Assembly: GCA_003353845.1 (NCBI GenBank) | Contig: PIVT01000015.1 | Span: forward strand, 689-64,688 | Length of the DNA stretch: 64,000 nucleotides | Origin: Pseudomonadota bacterium | Lineage (GTDB): Bacteria > Myxococcota_A > UBA9160 > JADFDR01 | Direction: 5' to 3' | Shown here: one piece after another, positions 8,780 through 17,598 of the stretch | Layout of the letters: each line of letters begins with the position of its first letter | Position numbering within the stretch: the stretch's first letter is position 1 | Program-made: the position numbers and the translations under genes | The notes under the pieces: generated by a model | What the model was told of the DNA's origin: nothing | Databases searched by the model: none | Seen by the model: only the letters and a program-made list of their open reading frames with translations

Positions 8780-10303
8780 GTGGGCGTGCTGCTGGATCGG
8801 CGTGGCAGCGTCACCCACGTCATGGTCGGGGGGCCCAATTCCATCGAAATGCCCGAATGGGGGCGCATGCGCGCTGGCGGCGGGCGCCTGCGCGGCCTGC
8901 GCTGCGTGCATACGCATTTCGGCAAGGATCACCTGACTCGGGACGACCTGACCGACCTGGCGGTACTGCGCTTTGATGCCATGATCAGCCTTTCCATGGA
9001 TTCCCAGGGACATCCCGACCTGGCCTACGCCGCGGCCTTACAACCCGCCAACGCCCAAGGTTCTTCCGTTCAGCACCTCGACCCCCTGCCCCCTTCCCAG
9101 CTCACCTGGGATTTCAGACAGTGGATTCGAGAGTTGGAGAGCAACCTGGCCAGCGCTGTGCCCAGCCGAAAGGTGGAAGCTGCGGACCGCGCCATCCTGG
9201 TTTCGGTAAGTGCGGGCCGACCCGACGACGACCGCGAATACGCCGTGGCCGAGTTGCAAGAGTTGGCACGTGCGGCCAGCGTGGAGATCGTGAGCGTCCT
9301 TACCCAACACCGCAGCAAATCCGATCCCAAAACCGTGATCGGAGCGGGCAAGTTACAAGACCTGGTGATCCAGACCTTTCAACACGATGTGGACTTGGTG
9401 ATTTTCGATCAGAACCTCAGCGCCACACAGGCACGAAACCTGGCTGAGCGGATGGAAGTGCGCGTCATCGATCGCACTCAGCTCATCCTGGATATCTTTG
9501 CGCAGCGAGCCAGTTCGCGAGATGGCAAGTTGCAAGTCGAACTGGCACAGCTGAAATACATCCTGCCGCGCCTGGCTCAACGCGACGACTCTCTTTCGCG
9601 TCTGGCCGGTGGCATCGGAGGTCGCGGGCCCGGTGAAACCAAACTCGAAGTGAATCGCCGGCGCGTGCGCGACCGCGTTTCGCGTCTTGAAAAACAGCTG
9701 GCCAAGCTGCGCAAGGGCCGACAAGAACGGCGGCGGCGACGCAGTGGATTGCCCATTCTCTCCATCGTCGGATACACCAATGCAGGCAAGAGCACGCTCT
9801 TGCGCGCCCTCACTAAGACCGATGTTTTTATCGAAGATAAGATGTTCGCCACCTTGGACCCGTCTTCGCGCAGGCTGCGCTTTCCCCTGGAACGCGATGT
9901 CATCATCACCGACACCGTGGGTTTTATTCGCGACCTGCCCAAGGACTTGATCGCCGCCTTCCGCGCCACTTTAGAGGAACTCGAAGAAGCCGACCTGTTC
10001 CTACACGTCGTCGATGCCAGCGCCAGTGACCTCGACCGCCGACTGCAAGCCGTTCACGACGTGATCGATGAAATGGGCCTGGGCGATACGCCGGAGGTGC
10101 TGGTCTTCAACCAAGTCGACCTCCTCGAGCCCGAACTGGCACAGGCCATTGCCAAGCGTTACCACGCCATTCCCGTATCCGCCTTAAAGAAACAGGGCTT
10201 GAAAACCCTGCTTGAGGAAGTCCAGCGGCGCCTCTTCGAAGAACAACACTTCGAAGAGTCCAAGCCTGAAAAGCCTCTGGCCCAACCCAAACACTCGGCT
10301 TAG
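8780..10303 (+). CDS. hflX: GTPase HflX. The true start is probably upstream, near 8630.
   Basis: The product contains KLQVELAQLKY, GPGETKLEVNRR, the G1 motif GYTNAGKST, DTVGF and NQVD. The HflX N-terminal extension (GNTKGLKASQVRQIEHLYRR...) continues in frame upstream of the GTG at 8780. Confidence 0.9.
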   Translation: MGVLLDRRGSVTHVMVGGPNSIEMPEWGRMRAGGGRLRGLRCVHTHFGKDHLTRDDLTDLAVLRFDAMISLSMDSQGHPDLAYAAALQPANAQGSSVQHLDPLPPSQLTWDFRQWIRELESNLASAVPSRKVEAADRAILVSVSAGRPDDDREYAVAELQELARAASVEIVSVLTQHRSKSDPKTVIGAGKLQDLVIQTFQHDVDLVIFDQNLSATQARNLAERMEVRVIDRTQLILDIFAQRASSRDGKLQVELAQLKYILPRLAQRDDSLSRLAGGIGGRGPGETKLEVNRRRVRDRVSRLEKQLAKLRKGRQERRRRRSGLPILSIVGYTNAGKSTLLRALTKTDVFIEDKMFATLDPSSRRLRFPLERDVIITDTVGFIRDLPKDLIAAFRATLEELEEADLFLHVVDASASDLDRRLQAVHDVIDEMGLGDTPEVLVFNQVDLLEPELAQAIAKRYHAIPVSALKKQGLKTLLEEVQRRLFEEQHFEESKPEKPLAQPKHSA

Positions 10304-11646
10304 TTAGGGTTCAGATCGGCGATGGTGCGGTCGGCGGCGCGAAGGCCGGATACGAAAGCGTCTTCAATGGATGGGCCCTGCAGATAATCCCCCGCAAAAT
10401 ACAATCGACGCCCGCGCGCGCGTTGATCCTCTTGCACCTGATAAAAGCGAGCCAATTCACGATAACGACCGACTTCAAAACTGGGGCAGGCATTGGGAAT
10501 CCGGCTCACATCCGACATGGAGCGCTCGCCTTGGAAACGCATGTCGATGCGACCGGCGGCAGCAATCAATTCTTTCTGGATCACTTCGTCAGCAGCTTCC
10601 ATATGCGCCGCCGCCCAGACGCGCGTGGCCGTAATCCGAATCAGCGTCTTGCCCGCTGGCACGCGCCCGCCGCCTCCACCGGGCTCAACCCAAATGGATT
10701 CAATGGGTAAATTTTCACTGTGGGGCACCTGAATCAAGCGCGCATTTTTCGCAAACACGTGATCGAGACCCAGCGTGAGACACAGCCCTGCGCAACCTCT
10801 GGACGCGGCCAGGAATTGTTCCTCGGGATAGGACAAGGCCGCTTTGGATAAATTCAAAGCCTGGGCGGGGCCCGTGGCCACCACCACGGCATCCACCGTT
10901 TCCCGTTCCTCAACCTCGCTGTGCCAGAAAGAAACTTCAATCTCGCCCGTTGGAGCCAGGTTCAGCGCCGTCACGTCGACGCCCAACCGCGTTTCCACAC
11001 GCTCGGTAATGGCTCGGATCAATCCGGCAAATCCCGACCGCAGCACAGCGGGTGTACTGCCCAACTGTTTGGCTACGTGTAAAAGAAAGAGGACACGACT
11101 CGCTGTCTTTTCATCGGCCAGGGAAGTAGACCCCAACCACGGGCCCGCCCAGCGATGAAGGGAGCTGACACCAAAATACAAACCGACGAAATCGGACATG
11201 CTGCGAAAATCAAGCGAGGCGGCCTGCTCGGGCTGAACCGGGTCGAGTAACTCGGCGTAGGATCGCATCAGGCGCGGCAGGCGAAAGATGCGCAGCCCAT
11301 CGTAAAAACGCACACCGGGAATGCGCATGACTCCGCGCACTTCATAGGGGTCGATCTCATCCACCCCGCTGCGATGATACTGCGCGCGTTCGGCACTGCG
11401 CAGTTCGCAAAATTCATTGGCCTGTTCCAGTTCGCGCAAGGCCTCGCGCAAATGCTGATCATGGTTCGACAAGAGCCAGGGGCCCTTATCCACGATGAAT
11501 CCGCTCTTGACTTCACTCCACACTCGCCCGCCCGGACGTTCTGCCTTGTCGAGCACACTGACGCTGAAACCTGCGCGCGCAAGGCGCCATGCCGCAGAAA
11601 GTCCCGCAATACCCGACCCGATGACAATGACGCGCGGAGTGCTCAT
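10300..11646 (-). CDS. FAD-dependent oxidoreductase, amine-oxidase / protoporphyrinogen-oxidase-like fold
   Basis: The 448-aa product has the N-terminal dinucleotide-binding motif VIVIGSGIAGLSAAWRLARAGFSVSVLDKAERPGGRV. Its start overlaps the stop of the upstream gene in an ATGA. Confidence 0.8.
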   Translation of the reverse strand: MSTPRVIVIGSGIAGLSAAWRLARAGFSVSVLDKAERPGGRVWSEVKSGFIVDKGPWLLSNHDQHLREALRELEQANEFCELRSAERAQYHRSGVDEIDPYEVRGVMRIPGVRFYDGLRIFRLPRLMRSYAELLDPVQPEQAASLDFRSMSDFVGLYFGVSSLHRWAGPWLGSTSLADEKTASRVLFLLHVAKQLGSTPAVLRSGFAGLIRAITERVETRLGVDVTALNLAPTGEIEVSFWHSEVEERETVDAVVVATGPAQALNLSKAALSYPEEQFLAASRGCAGLCLTLGLDHVFAKNARLIQVPHSENLPIESIWVEPGGGGGRVPAGKTLIRITATRVWAAAHMEAADEVIQKELIAAAGRIDMRFQGERSMSDVSRIPNACPSFEVGRYRELARFYQVQEDQRARGRRLYFAGDYLQGPSIEDAFVSGLRAADRTIADLNPN

Positions 11647-12350
11647 GAGATGTGAATCCTCTCCAGTTCCGTCACCACGTCCTTCAAGGTTTCAAAGGAA
11701 TAAAAACTCACGCCGCGGTTTCCCAATTCAAGAGCCAGTGTGTCTTTGGCAAATCCAATATCCGCCGCCAACACGCCACACAAATCCGAGACCCGACCAT
11801 TTCCAATATGCACGGTGACCACACCTGGATGCGCGGCTCGAAATTCGTTGATACGTCCGCGCTTACACACCCCTGTCCCACACCCGCAATCGGGATTGGG
11901 ATAGCCGGGCGAGATGCGCCACAGGCCTTCTTCGTAATGCATGCCATTGCAGTCGCAATCGAACTCCACGCCAAAGAGCTCTTTCAAGCGCTGGATATTG
12001 TAATCGAATCCGTCTGAGAGCATGCGAAAGGGCACTGCATTCTTGTGACACCAAGCCAACAGATCCTCGGCCCCAGGATCAAGTTCAAGACTGTTGAGAA
12101 ACTCTTCGAGTTCATCTTCGGGCACGCGCATGCCATCGATCACTTGCATATTGTATTCCCACGCGCTGATCTCTCCCTTGAGGACACGGCCCATCTGGGC
12201 TGGCCGCAAGTCGGCAACATATTTCTGAGCCAAGGTAGAGCCCACGTCTTTGACGATGAAGGTGCCGTCAAAATCGCAGAATACGGCAATCTCCCGGACG
12301 CTGTTGTCGGCTGCGGTTTTCACGAGATTCTGTGCTGATGATGGGGGCAT
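11643..12350 (-). CDS. HAD-IB phosphatase, MtnX-like (2-hydroxy-3-keto-5-methylthiopentenyl-1-phosphate phosphatase family)
   Basis: The product has the DxDGT motif FCDFDGTF, the Cys cluster CDCNG...CGCGTGVCKRG and IGNGRVSD...FAKD, parallel to Bacillus MtnX. Confidence 0.7.
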   Translation of the reverse strand: MPPSSAQNLVKTAADNSVREIAVFCDFDGTFIVKDVGSTLAQKYVADLRPAQMGRVLKGEISAWEYNMQVIDGMRVPEDELEEFLNSLELDPGAEDLLAWCHKNAVPFRMLSDGFDYNIQRLKELFGVEFDCDCNGMHYEEGLWRISPGYPNPDCGCGTGVCKRGRINEFRAAHPGVVTVHIGNGRVSDLCGVLAADIGFAKDTLALELGNRGVSFYSFETLKDVVTELERIHIS

Positions 12351-12513
12351 TCGGCTACTCTGACCTTCGCGCTGAAAGGGAACCAGTGGAAATAAGGAAG
12401 GGCTAGTCTAACGGAAGAATGGGCTGGAATCGCGTTCAAGAAGGGCTGGTTTTAGCAAAATTGAGCTGCTGGCTCGGCGAATTGACCACAGGGATCAAGA
12501 CGGACGGGAGAAA

Positions 12514-13437
12514 GTGGACCGCCTGGAAACTCGACTGAGAAACGGCCCGCCCCTCTTGCTGGACGGCGCCCTGGGGACGGAGCTAGAGCGCCGAGGCATC
12601 GTGTGCGATTTGCCGCTGTGGTCCACGCGGGCGCTCCTGGACTGCCCCGAAATCTTAGGCGAAATCCACAGTGCCTATGCCCGGGCGGGGGCCGAGATTC
12701 TCACGGCCAATACCTTTCGTACCCAGCGCAGCACCTTGGACAAACTCGGTCTCGGATCGAGAGCCGAGGAGCTGACAACACTGGCCGTAGATCTGGCGAG
12801 AAACTCGGCGAGGGCTGCTCTAGCCCAACCGCCCCCCAGCCTTGGAGAACCCGAGCCGCTGCAGCGACAGATTTGGGTCGCTGGTTCGGCACCTCCCTTG
12901 GAAGACTGCTACCGCGCGGATCTCGTACCCGCAGAGCCCGCGCTCTCTGCCGGCCACGAACAGCACTGCGCGGCGCTGGTCCAGGCGGGGGTCGATTTCA
13001 TCCTGATCGAAACCATGAATTCCATTGCCGAGGCGACGGTGGCTCTGCGGGCCGCGCAGCAGCTGGGAGCGCAGGCCATTGTCAGTTTTTCCATTCTGGC
13101 AGAGGGTACGCTGCGCAGCGGGGAGACGCTGGCACAGGCCGTGGACGCGCTGGCACCCGAGCAGCCCTTGGCGCTCCTCATCAACTGTGCGCCCCTGCCC
13201 TGGATCGCAGAGCAGCTGCCGGTCTTGCAGCAATCGGGACTTCCCTTTGGCTTCTATCCAAACTTTGGAGCACCCTCTGCCAATCCAGCGGCAGCTTGGG
13301 AAAACCCGCTGCAGCCGCTGGAGTTTGCCAACCTGCTATGTCGTGAGGCCCGAAAGGGCGCAAGGCTGCTGGGCGGATGCTGCGGCACCACCCCCGAACA
13401 CATTCAGCAGCTAAGCCTGCAATTAAGCCCGCCCTGA
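12514..13437 (+). CDS. Homocysteine S-methyltransferase family protein
   Basis: The product has LLDGALGTELERRG, LWS, ANTF and the C-terminal zinc-ligand motif GGCCGTTPEHI. Confidence 0.85.
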   Translation: MDRLETRLRNGPPLLLDGALGTELERRGIVCDLPLWSTRALLDCPEILGEIHSAYARAGAEILTANTFRTQRSTLDKLGLGSRAEELTTLAVDLARNSARAALAQPPPSLGEPEPLQRQIWVAGSAPPLEDCYRADLVPAEPALSAGHEQHCAALVQAGVDFILIETMNSIAEATVALRAAQQLGAQAIVSFSILAEGTLRSGETLAQAVDALAPEQPLALLINCAPLPWIAEQLPVLQQSGLPFGFYPNFGAPSANPAAAWENPLQPLEFANLLCREARKGARLLGGCCGTTPEHIQQLSLQLSPP

Positions 13438-13572
13438 GACGCAAAATGTGTCACTCCATGCGTCTGGCCTGCCTCTCTCTTGCCTAGTAGAGCAGCTGCA
13501 ATTCCAATAAACACGGAATAGAAACTTTCTTTCCCTTTATTATCAGTATGTTACTAAAATGCGCAGCTTTTC

Positions 13573-13587
13573 TGGCACAGGGGTTGC
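13573..13587 (+). promoter_or_regulatory. Candidate sigma-54 (-24/-12) promoter TGGCAC-N5-TTGC
   Basis: ctGGCACaggggTTGCt matches the consensus exactly. A near-consensus IHF site TATCAGTATGTTA lies upstream at 13541-13553, and the inverted repeat AGACGCA-N15-TGCGTCT lies at 13437-13465. Confidence 0.5.
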
Positions 13588-13598
13588 TCTTATAAGTG

Positions 13599-13775
13599 CT
13601 TGCGAAGAGAAATTCTGTGGCACCCCGGGTCGAGTACCCCTCCTTTCGCTTTGTTGCGAAAACCTGATTCGGGCGAATTCATAGATGAACTGCCCCTTCG
13701 CATTACAGCGCCCGAGCCGGGTACCCCTCCCTTCGCATTGTTTGCGAGGATTCGGCTCGGGCGCTCCCTATTTTC
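13599..13775 (+). ncRNA. Candidate structured small RNA made of two tandem homologous long hairpins
   Basis: Hairpin 1 spans 13624-13673 and hairpin 2 spans 13707-13765. Hairpin 2 has a 12-13 bp perfect GC-rich outer stem plus an inner stem, followed by CCCTATTTT. No plausible + strand CDS lies downstream. Confidence 0.4.
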
Positions 13776-13826
13776 AACATAAAACTATTTTTCAGATGAA
13801 TGGGTTCGATGCTACGAACGGGATGG

Positions 13827-16800
13827 CTACCTGTTCAGGCGCCTCCCAAGCTTGTCCACCAACTCTTCGACATAGCTAGCCTCTGCTTCGCTCACCGGAA
13901 TTTCCCGCAACAAAACCTCCAACTCTCGAACCAGAGCTGTCGATTCCATGGAACGGGTCCTGTTGCGCTGCAAACTCAAGCCCACACAGCGCAAGGCGGT
14001 CGGACTGTCTCCCGCCAATAAAGCAGCTCTGGATTTGAGTAGGAAATCTCTGGTTGTGCCATCGTTCCCCGCGGTAATGGCGGTCAATAGATCAACCGCT
14101 TCGGCTCCCTTTTCTGGATCTCCACTGGCGACTCGCCAACGAGCTCGCAAGCGCAAGGCATCCTCGTACAACACATCGCGACGCTGTATTTCAGCCAAGC
14201 GTACTTCAAACTCTTGGATGGCTCCCTCGTCGCTGGCTTGCCAGGCTTCCAACACGGCCTGGGCTGGCTCCTTCAAACGACCCACGCGCTCCCACGCTTT
14301 GGCTCTTCCACGCTGCAACTCATTGGCCAGGAAAAGGACCCGAAATTCGCGCGCGCGATCGGCCTGGTCCGGGTTGTTTTGGATCCAGGTTTCAAGTCTG
14401 TGCAACCCTTGGCCGCGCCGCTCGGTTGCAAACTCAATCTGCGCGATGATGAGTTCGCTGTCTTCCTCCGTTGCGGCGCCCTGAACAAGTGCATTCAAAC
14501 GAGACTGCATGGGGCGTACATCCAAACTGCGCTGCGCCAGGAACACGAGGTCTAGATCTGTTTTGACACGCAATATTGGATCAAATTTGGCCAGCAATCG
14601 ATCCGCGCCTTTCGCTTTGATCGGACTCGACAAAATACGCGGTGAACGTGTTTGCAAAATATTTTGATCATCCGTACTCACCGCCACGTTCTCGGAAAAC
14701 AGGCGGACACCCTCCTCATCAAGAGCAATGGACATCGCCACTTCTTCGACGGATTGAATGCCCTTTCGCAAGAAGCTTTGCGGTGATGCAGCGATGGCTT
14801 GCGCAGCCGTCTCTTCAATGGGCAATGGCTCCTCGGAAGCGATAAAGAGAACCGCTCCATAAGGGGGCGGGCGGTAGACGCGCACGTGGGGAAAGACGTC
14901 CTGCAAGGTCGCCATCAGCACGCGCAGCAACTCTTCGTCAACAAAGTTCAACCCGATCCACTGTACGAAAACACCCGCTGGATTGAGGTGCGCCTTACTC
15001 AGCTCAAAAAACTCTTTGGTGTACAAATGAGAAGCACCGGCGGTCCACGGATGAGAGGGCTGGGACACGATGGCGTCATAGCGTTTTTCAGTGAGCACCA
15101 TGGCGCCGCGTGCATCATTTTCAATCACGCGAATTCGAGGATCTGCCAGCGGGTCCAAGAATCGTCGTGAAGCAATAAAGCGATTCGCCTCAATCACAGC
15201 GGGCTCCAACTCAATCACATCAATGTGTTTGACCGAGCGGGGAACATCTTGAACGACCAACCCACCGCCAAATCCAATCACCAGCAAGTCTTCGGTGTCA
15301 GGCCGCGCCAAACTCGGCAAGGAACTCAACCAAGGATTCGTCAAATCACCTGAGACATCATTGGCGGGACGTACTCCCGCTTCGGGCAAACCATTGGTCG
15401 TCACAAACCAGGCACCGTCGCGTTCCCTCAGCAGCACATTGGCACTGCGCCCCACACGAGAAAAAGTAATTTCACCCGCCAAGACCGCCCTATTCATCGA
15501 TGAGAAGCGAAGTAATTGCCACGGCGTTTGGGGAGGGACGACCCAGAAGACCAAGCCGCACAACACTGATGCCATCAACAAGCCTTTGTGCCAGGTTTCG
15601 GAGAGAAGTGCTGCTGCCAACAGGGCCAGGAGCAGGTTCGTCCCTGCAAAGAGAGCCATGCTCGTGGCAAAGCCAAAAGCGGGGATGACATAGTATCCCG
15701 CACCCAAAGCTCCCAGGATGGCGCCGATGGTGTTCCAGGCATAAACCCGCGCGCTTGCGGGGCCTGCGTCTTCTTCTCCCCGAGCGGTGATGCGAACAGC
15801 AAAAGGAAAGGTGGCACCAATGGCCAAGGTAGAAGGCAACAAAAGCAACATCGCCAAACCAATATCACCCAGATGAACGCCCGAAATCACAGGGCCTTTC
15901 CAAAGCGCGATCCATGCGGGTATTTGATCCATGCAAGCAAAGGCGAGAAGAACGCTCACGGCAATGGCTAATTGCGAGCAGGCAAAACCGATGACAGCAC
16001 GTTCACGGGTCGTCGCAAAGCGAGCGGCCAAGGCGCTGCCCAAGGTCAAACCCGTAAGAAAACTCGCCAACATGGTGGAAAAGGCATACACCGTTCCGCC
16101 CAACACTTGATTGAACAAGCGCGTCCAGAGCACCTCGTAGGCGAAGGACGTGACTCCCGACAAGAGGATCAGAGGCAAGATGCGATCGGCGCGTATCCAA
16201 GCTCGTGCCTTGGATCTCTCCGCCACAGATTCTTGCCGCGGCAAGCGGGGATGCGAGCGAGCCAGCACAGCGGCTAAAGCAAAGACGATAAAGTTCGTGA
16301 CCACGCCGACCAGCAAGGTTTGAGAGAGGCCCAGGCGGGGCAGAAGAACAAATCCCGCTACCAGTGTCCCCAAAATGGCGCCCAGGGTATTGATCGCGTA
16401 AAGCGCTCCCACCCGACGACCCAACTCTTCATCCCGGCGAACCGCGTAACGCGTGAGAAGCGGCAGCGTTGCACCCATCATGGCCGTGGGGACGAGCAAA
16501 ATCAAAAAGGAACAACTTACGTAGAACAGAGCCAGCCCCAACCCAGAGGAAGCGGGGGGGCCATCTGCCTGACCAAACAGCAGGGCACTGAGGAAGGTGG
16601 AGGCAGCGATGGCCTTGGGAATCATCAAGGCCGACAATCCGATGCCGCCTTCCAAGAGCCCATACACCAAAACAGGTCGGCTTACGCGATGAGCAAGCCT
16701 ACCGGCAATGGCTGCACCCAGCGAAAGCCCGCCCATATAAGCTGCCAGCACTGTCGCAATGGCCAGTTCGGAAGTGCCAAAGACGAAGCTAAACTCACGC

Positions 16801-16886
16801 ATCCAAGCCGTCTGATACAGAAGCGCCGCAAAGCCGGACAGCAAGAAGAACGACAGCACAAATAGAAACGAACGATCAAGCTTCAC
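13827..16886 (-). CDS. Fused MFS-like membrane domain / spermidine-synthase-like domain / C-terminal TPR-like region
   Basis: The N-terminal half has many transmembrane segments. The central region has the methyltransferase-fold motifs VIGFGGGLVV, DVIELEP and ENDARG. I chose the GTG at 16886 (VKLDRSFLF) as the start; the track ORF extends to 17009 and would overlap aat. Confidence 0.85.
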   Translation of the reverse strand: MKLDRSFLFVLSFFLLSGFAALLYQTAWMREFSFVFGTSELAIATVLAAYMGGLSLGAAIAGRLAHRVSRPVLVYGLLEGGIGLSALMIPKAIAASTFLSALLFGQADGPPASSGLGLALFYVSCSFLILLVPTAMMGATLPLLTRYAVRRDEELGRRVGALYAINTLGAILGTLVAGFVLLPRLGLSQTLLVGVVTNFIVFALAAVLARSHPRLPRQESVAERSKARAWIRADRILPLILLSGVTSFAYEVLWTRLFNQVLGGTVYAFSTMLASFLTGLTLGSALAARFATTRERAVIGFACSQLAIAVSVLLAFACMDQIPAWIALWKGPVISGVHLGDIGLAMLLLLPSTLAIGATFPFAVRITARGEEDAGPASARVYAWNTIGAILGALGAGYYVIPAFGFATSMALFAGTNLLLALLAAALLSETWHKGLLMASVLCGLVFWVVPPQTPWQLLRFSSMNRAVLAGEITFSRVGRSANVLLRERDGAWFVTTNGLPEAGVRPANDVSGDLTNPWLSSLPSLARPDTEDLLVIGFGGGLVVQDVPRSVKHIDVIELEPAVIEANRFIASRRFLDPLADPRIRVIENDARGAMVLTEKRYDAIVSQPSHPWTAGASHLYTKEFFELSKAHLNPAGVFVQWIGLNFVDEELLRVLMATLQDVFPHVRVYRPPPYGAVLFIASEEPLPIEETAAQAIAASPQSFLRKGIQSVEEVAMSIALDEEGVRLFSENVAVSTDDQNILQTRSPRILSSPIKAKGADRLLAKFDPILRVKTDLDLVFLAQRSLDVRPMQSRLNALVQGAATEEDSELIIAQIEFATERRGQGLHRLETWIQNNPDQADRAREFRVLFLANELQRGRAKAWERVGRLKEPAQAVLEAWQASDEGAIQEFEVRLAEIQRRDVLYEDALRLRARWRVASGDPEKGAEAVDLLTAITAGNDGTTRDFLLKSRAALLAGDSPTALRCVGLSLQRNRTRSMESTALVRELEVLLREIPVSEAEASYVEELVDKLGRRLNR

Positions 16887-17598
16887 CTTCGATATCCTCG
16901 ACAGTCTCACCAATGGGTGGAAGCAGCCAATGCCCGCGACGAGTTGGCCCCTGCAATGCATCTTGTAGGACGCGTAAAAATTTGGCTCGGGGCCATTCCT
17001 CAGCGCCAAATCGTTCTAAATGATCTGTATGCACCTGACAGTCAATCAGTTCGATCCCCAAGCTGGCAAGTTGGCGTACCAGGGTAACGAAAGCCACCTT
17101 TGACGCGTCAGCGCGCAGGGAAAACATGGATTCGCCAAAAAAACAATCGCCCAGGGAAACGCCGTACAATCCACCAACCAGCGTCTCACCCTCCCAGGCT
17201 TCCGCCGAGTGAGCAAATCCCAGTTCGTATAACTTGATATAGGCCTGCTCCATCTCCAAGGTAATCCAAGTCCCCTCTTGATCGGGGCGAGGGACTTCGG
17301 CACATGCCCGCACCACGCGAGCAAAAGCCGTGTCAAAACGAACCTCATATCGCCCGGCGGCGATCTGTTTGCGCAAGCTTTTTGAGACGTGGAGATGTTC
17401 TGGCAGCAACACCATGCGTGGGTCTGGAGAAAACCACAGAATGGGTTGGCCTTGGGAATACCAAGGGAAAATGCCCATGCTGTAGGCCAGCAGCAACCGC
17501 TCGGGACGCAGGTCACCCCCCACGGCCAACAAACCACTTTCTTCGGCCTCTTCCGGTTTCGGGAAGATGGCTTCATCACTCAGTTCATACACGGGCAC
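16876..17598 (-). CDS. aat: Leucyl/phenylalanyl-tRNA--protein transferase
   Basis: The product has GLLAVGGDLRPERLLLAYSMGIFPWY and PILWFSPDPRMVL. The start is probably the GTG at 17598 or 17592; the track start is 17634. Confidence 0.9.
   Translation of the reverse strand: MPVYELSDEAIFPKPEEAEESGLLAVGGDLRPERLLLAYSMGIFPWYSQGQPILWFSPDPRMVLLPEHLHVSKSLRKQIAAGRYEVRFDTAFARVVRACAEVPRPDQEGTWITLEMEQAYIKLYELGFAHSAEAWEGETLVGGLYGVSLGDCFFGESMFSLRADASKVAFVTLVRQLASLGIELIDCQVHTDHLERFGAEEWPRAKFLRVLQDALQGPTRRGHWLLPPIGETVEDIEGEA

Noticed and set aside
12603-13346. A 247-aa ORF lies in an alternative + frame inside the homocysteine S-methyltransferase gene.
   Set aside because: Its Arg/Gly/Ala/Pro-rich composition is typical of off-frame ORFs in high-GC DNA. 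The overlapping frame has clear family motifs.
13600-13782. A 60-aa TTG-initiated ORF (MRREILWHPGSSTPPFALL...GTPPFALFARI...) spans the tandem hairpin elements.
   Set aside because: Its internal peptide repeat simply mirrors the DNA repeat. It has a TTG start, no evident Shine-Dalgarno sequence, and Pro/Arg-rich low-complexity content. The DNA repeats form strong stems with strand-specific G-U pairs, which is better explained as RNA structure. It is kept only as an alternative in the finding.
16887-17009. An N-terminal extension of the fused MFS/spermidine-synthase ORF runs into aat.
   Set aside because: It would overlap the aat coding region by more than 130 nt. The GTG at 16886 immediately precedes the first transmembrane helix and gives a short, operon-typical overlap.
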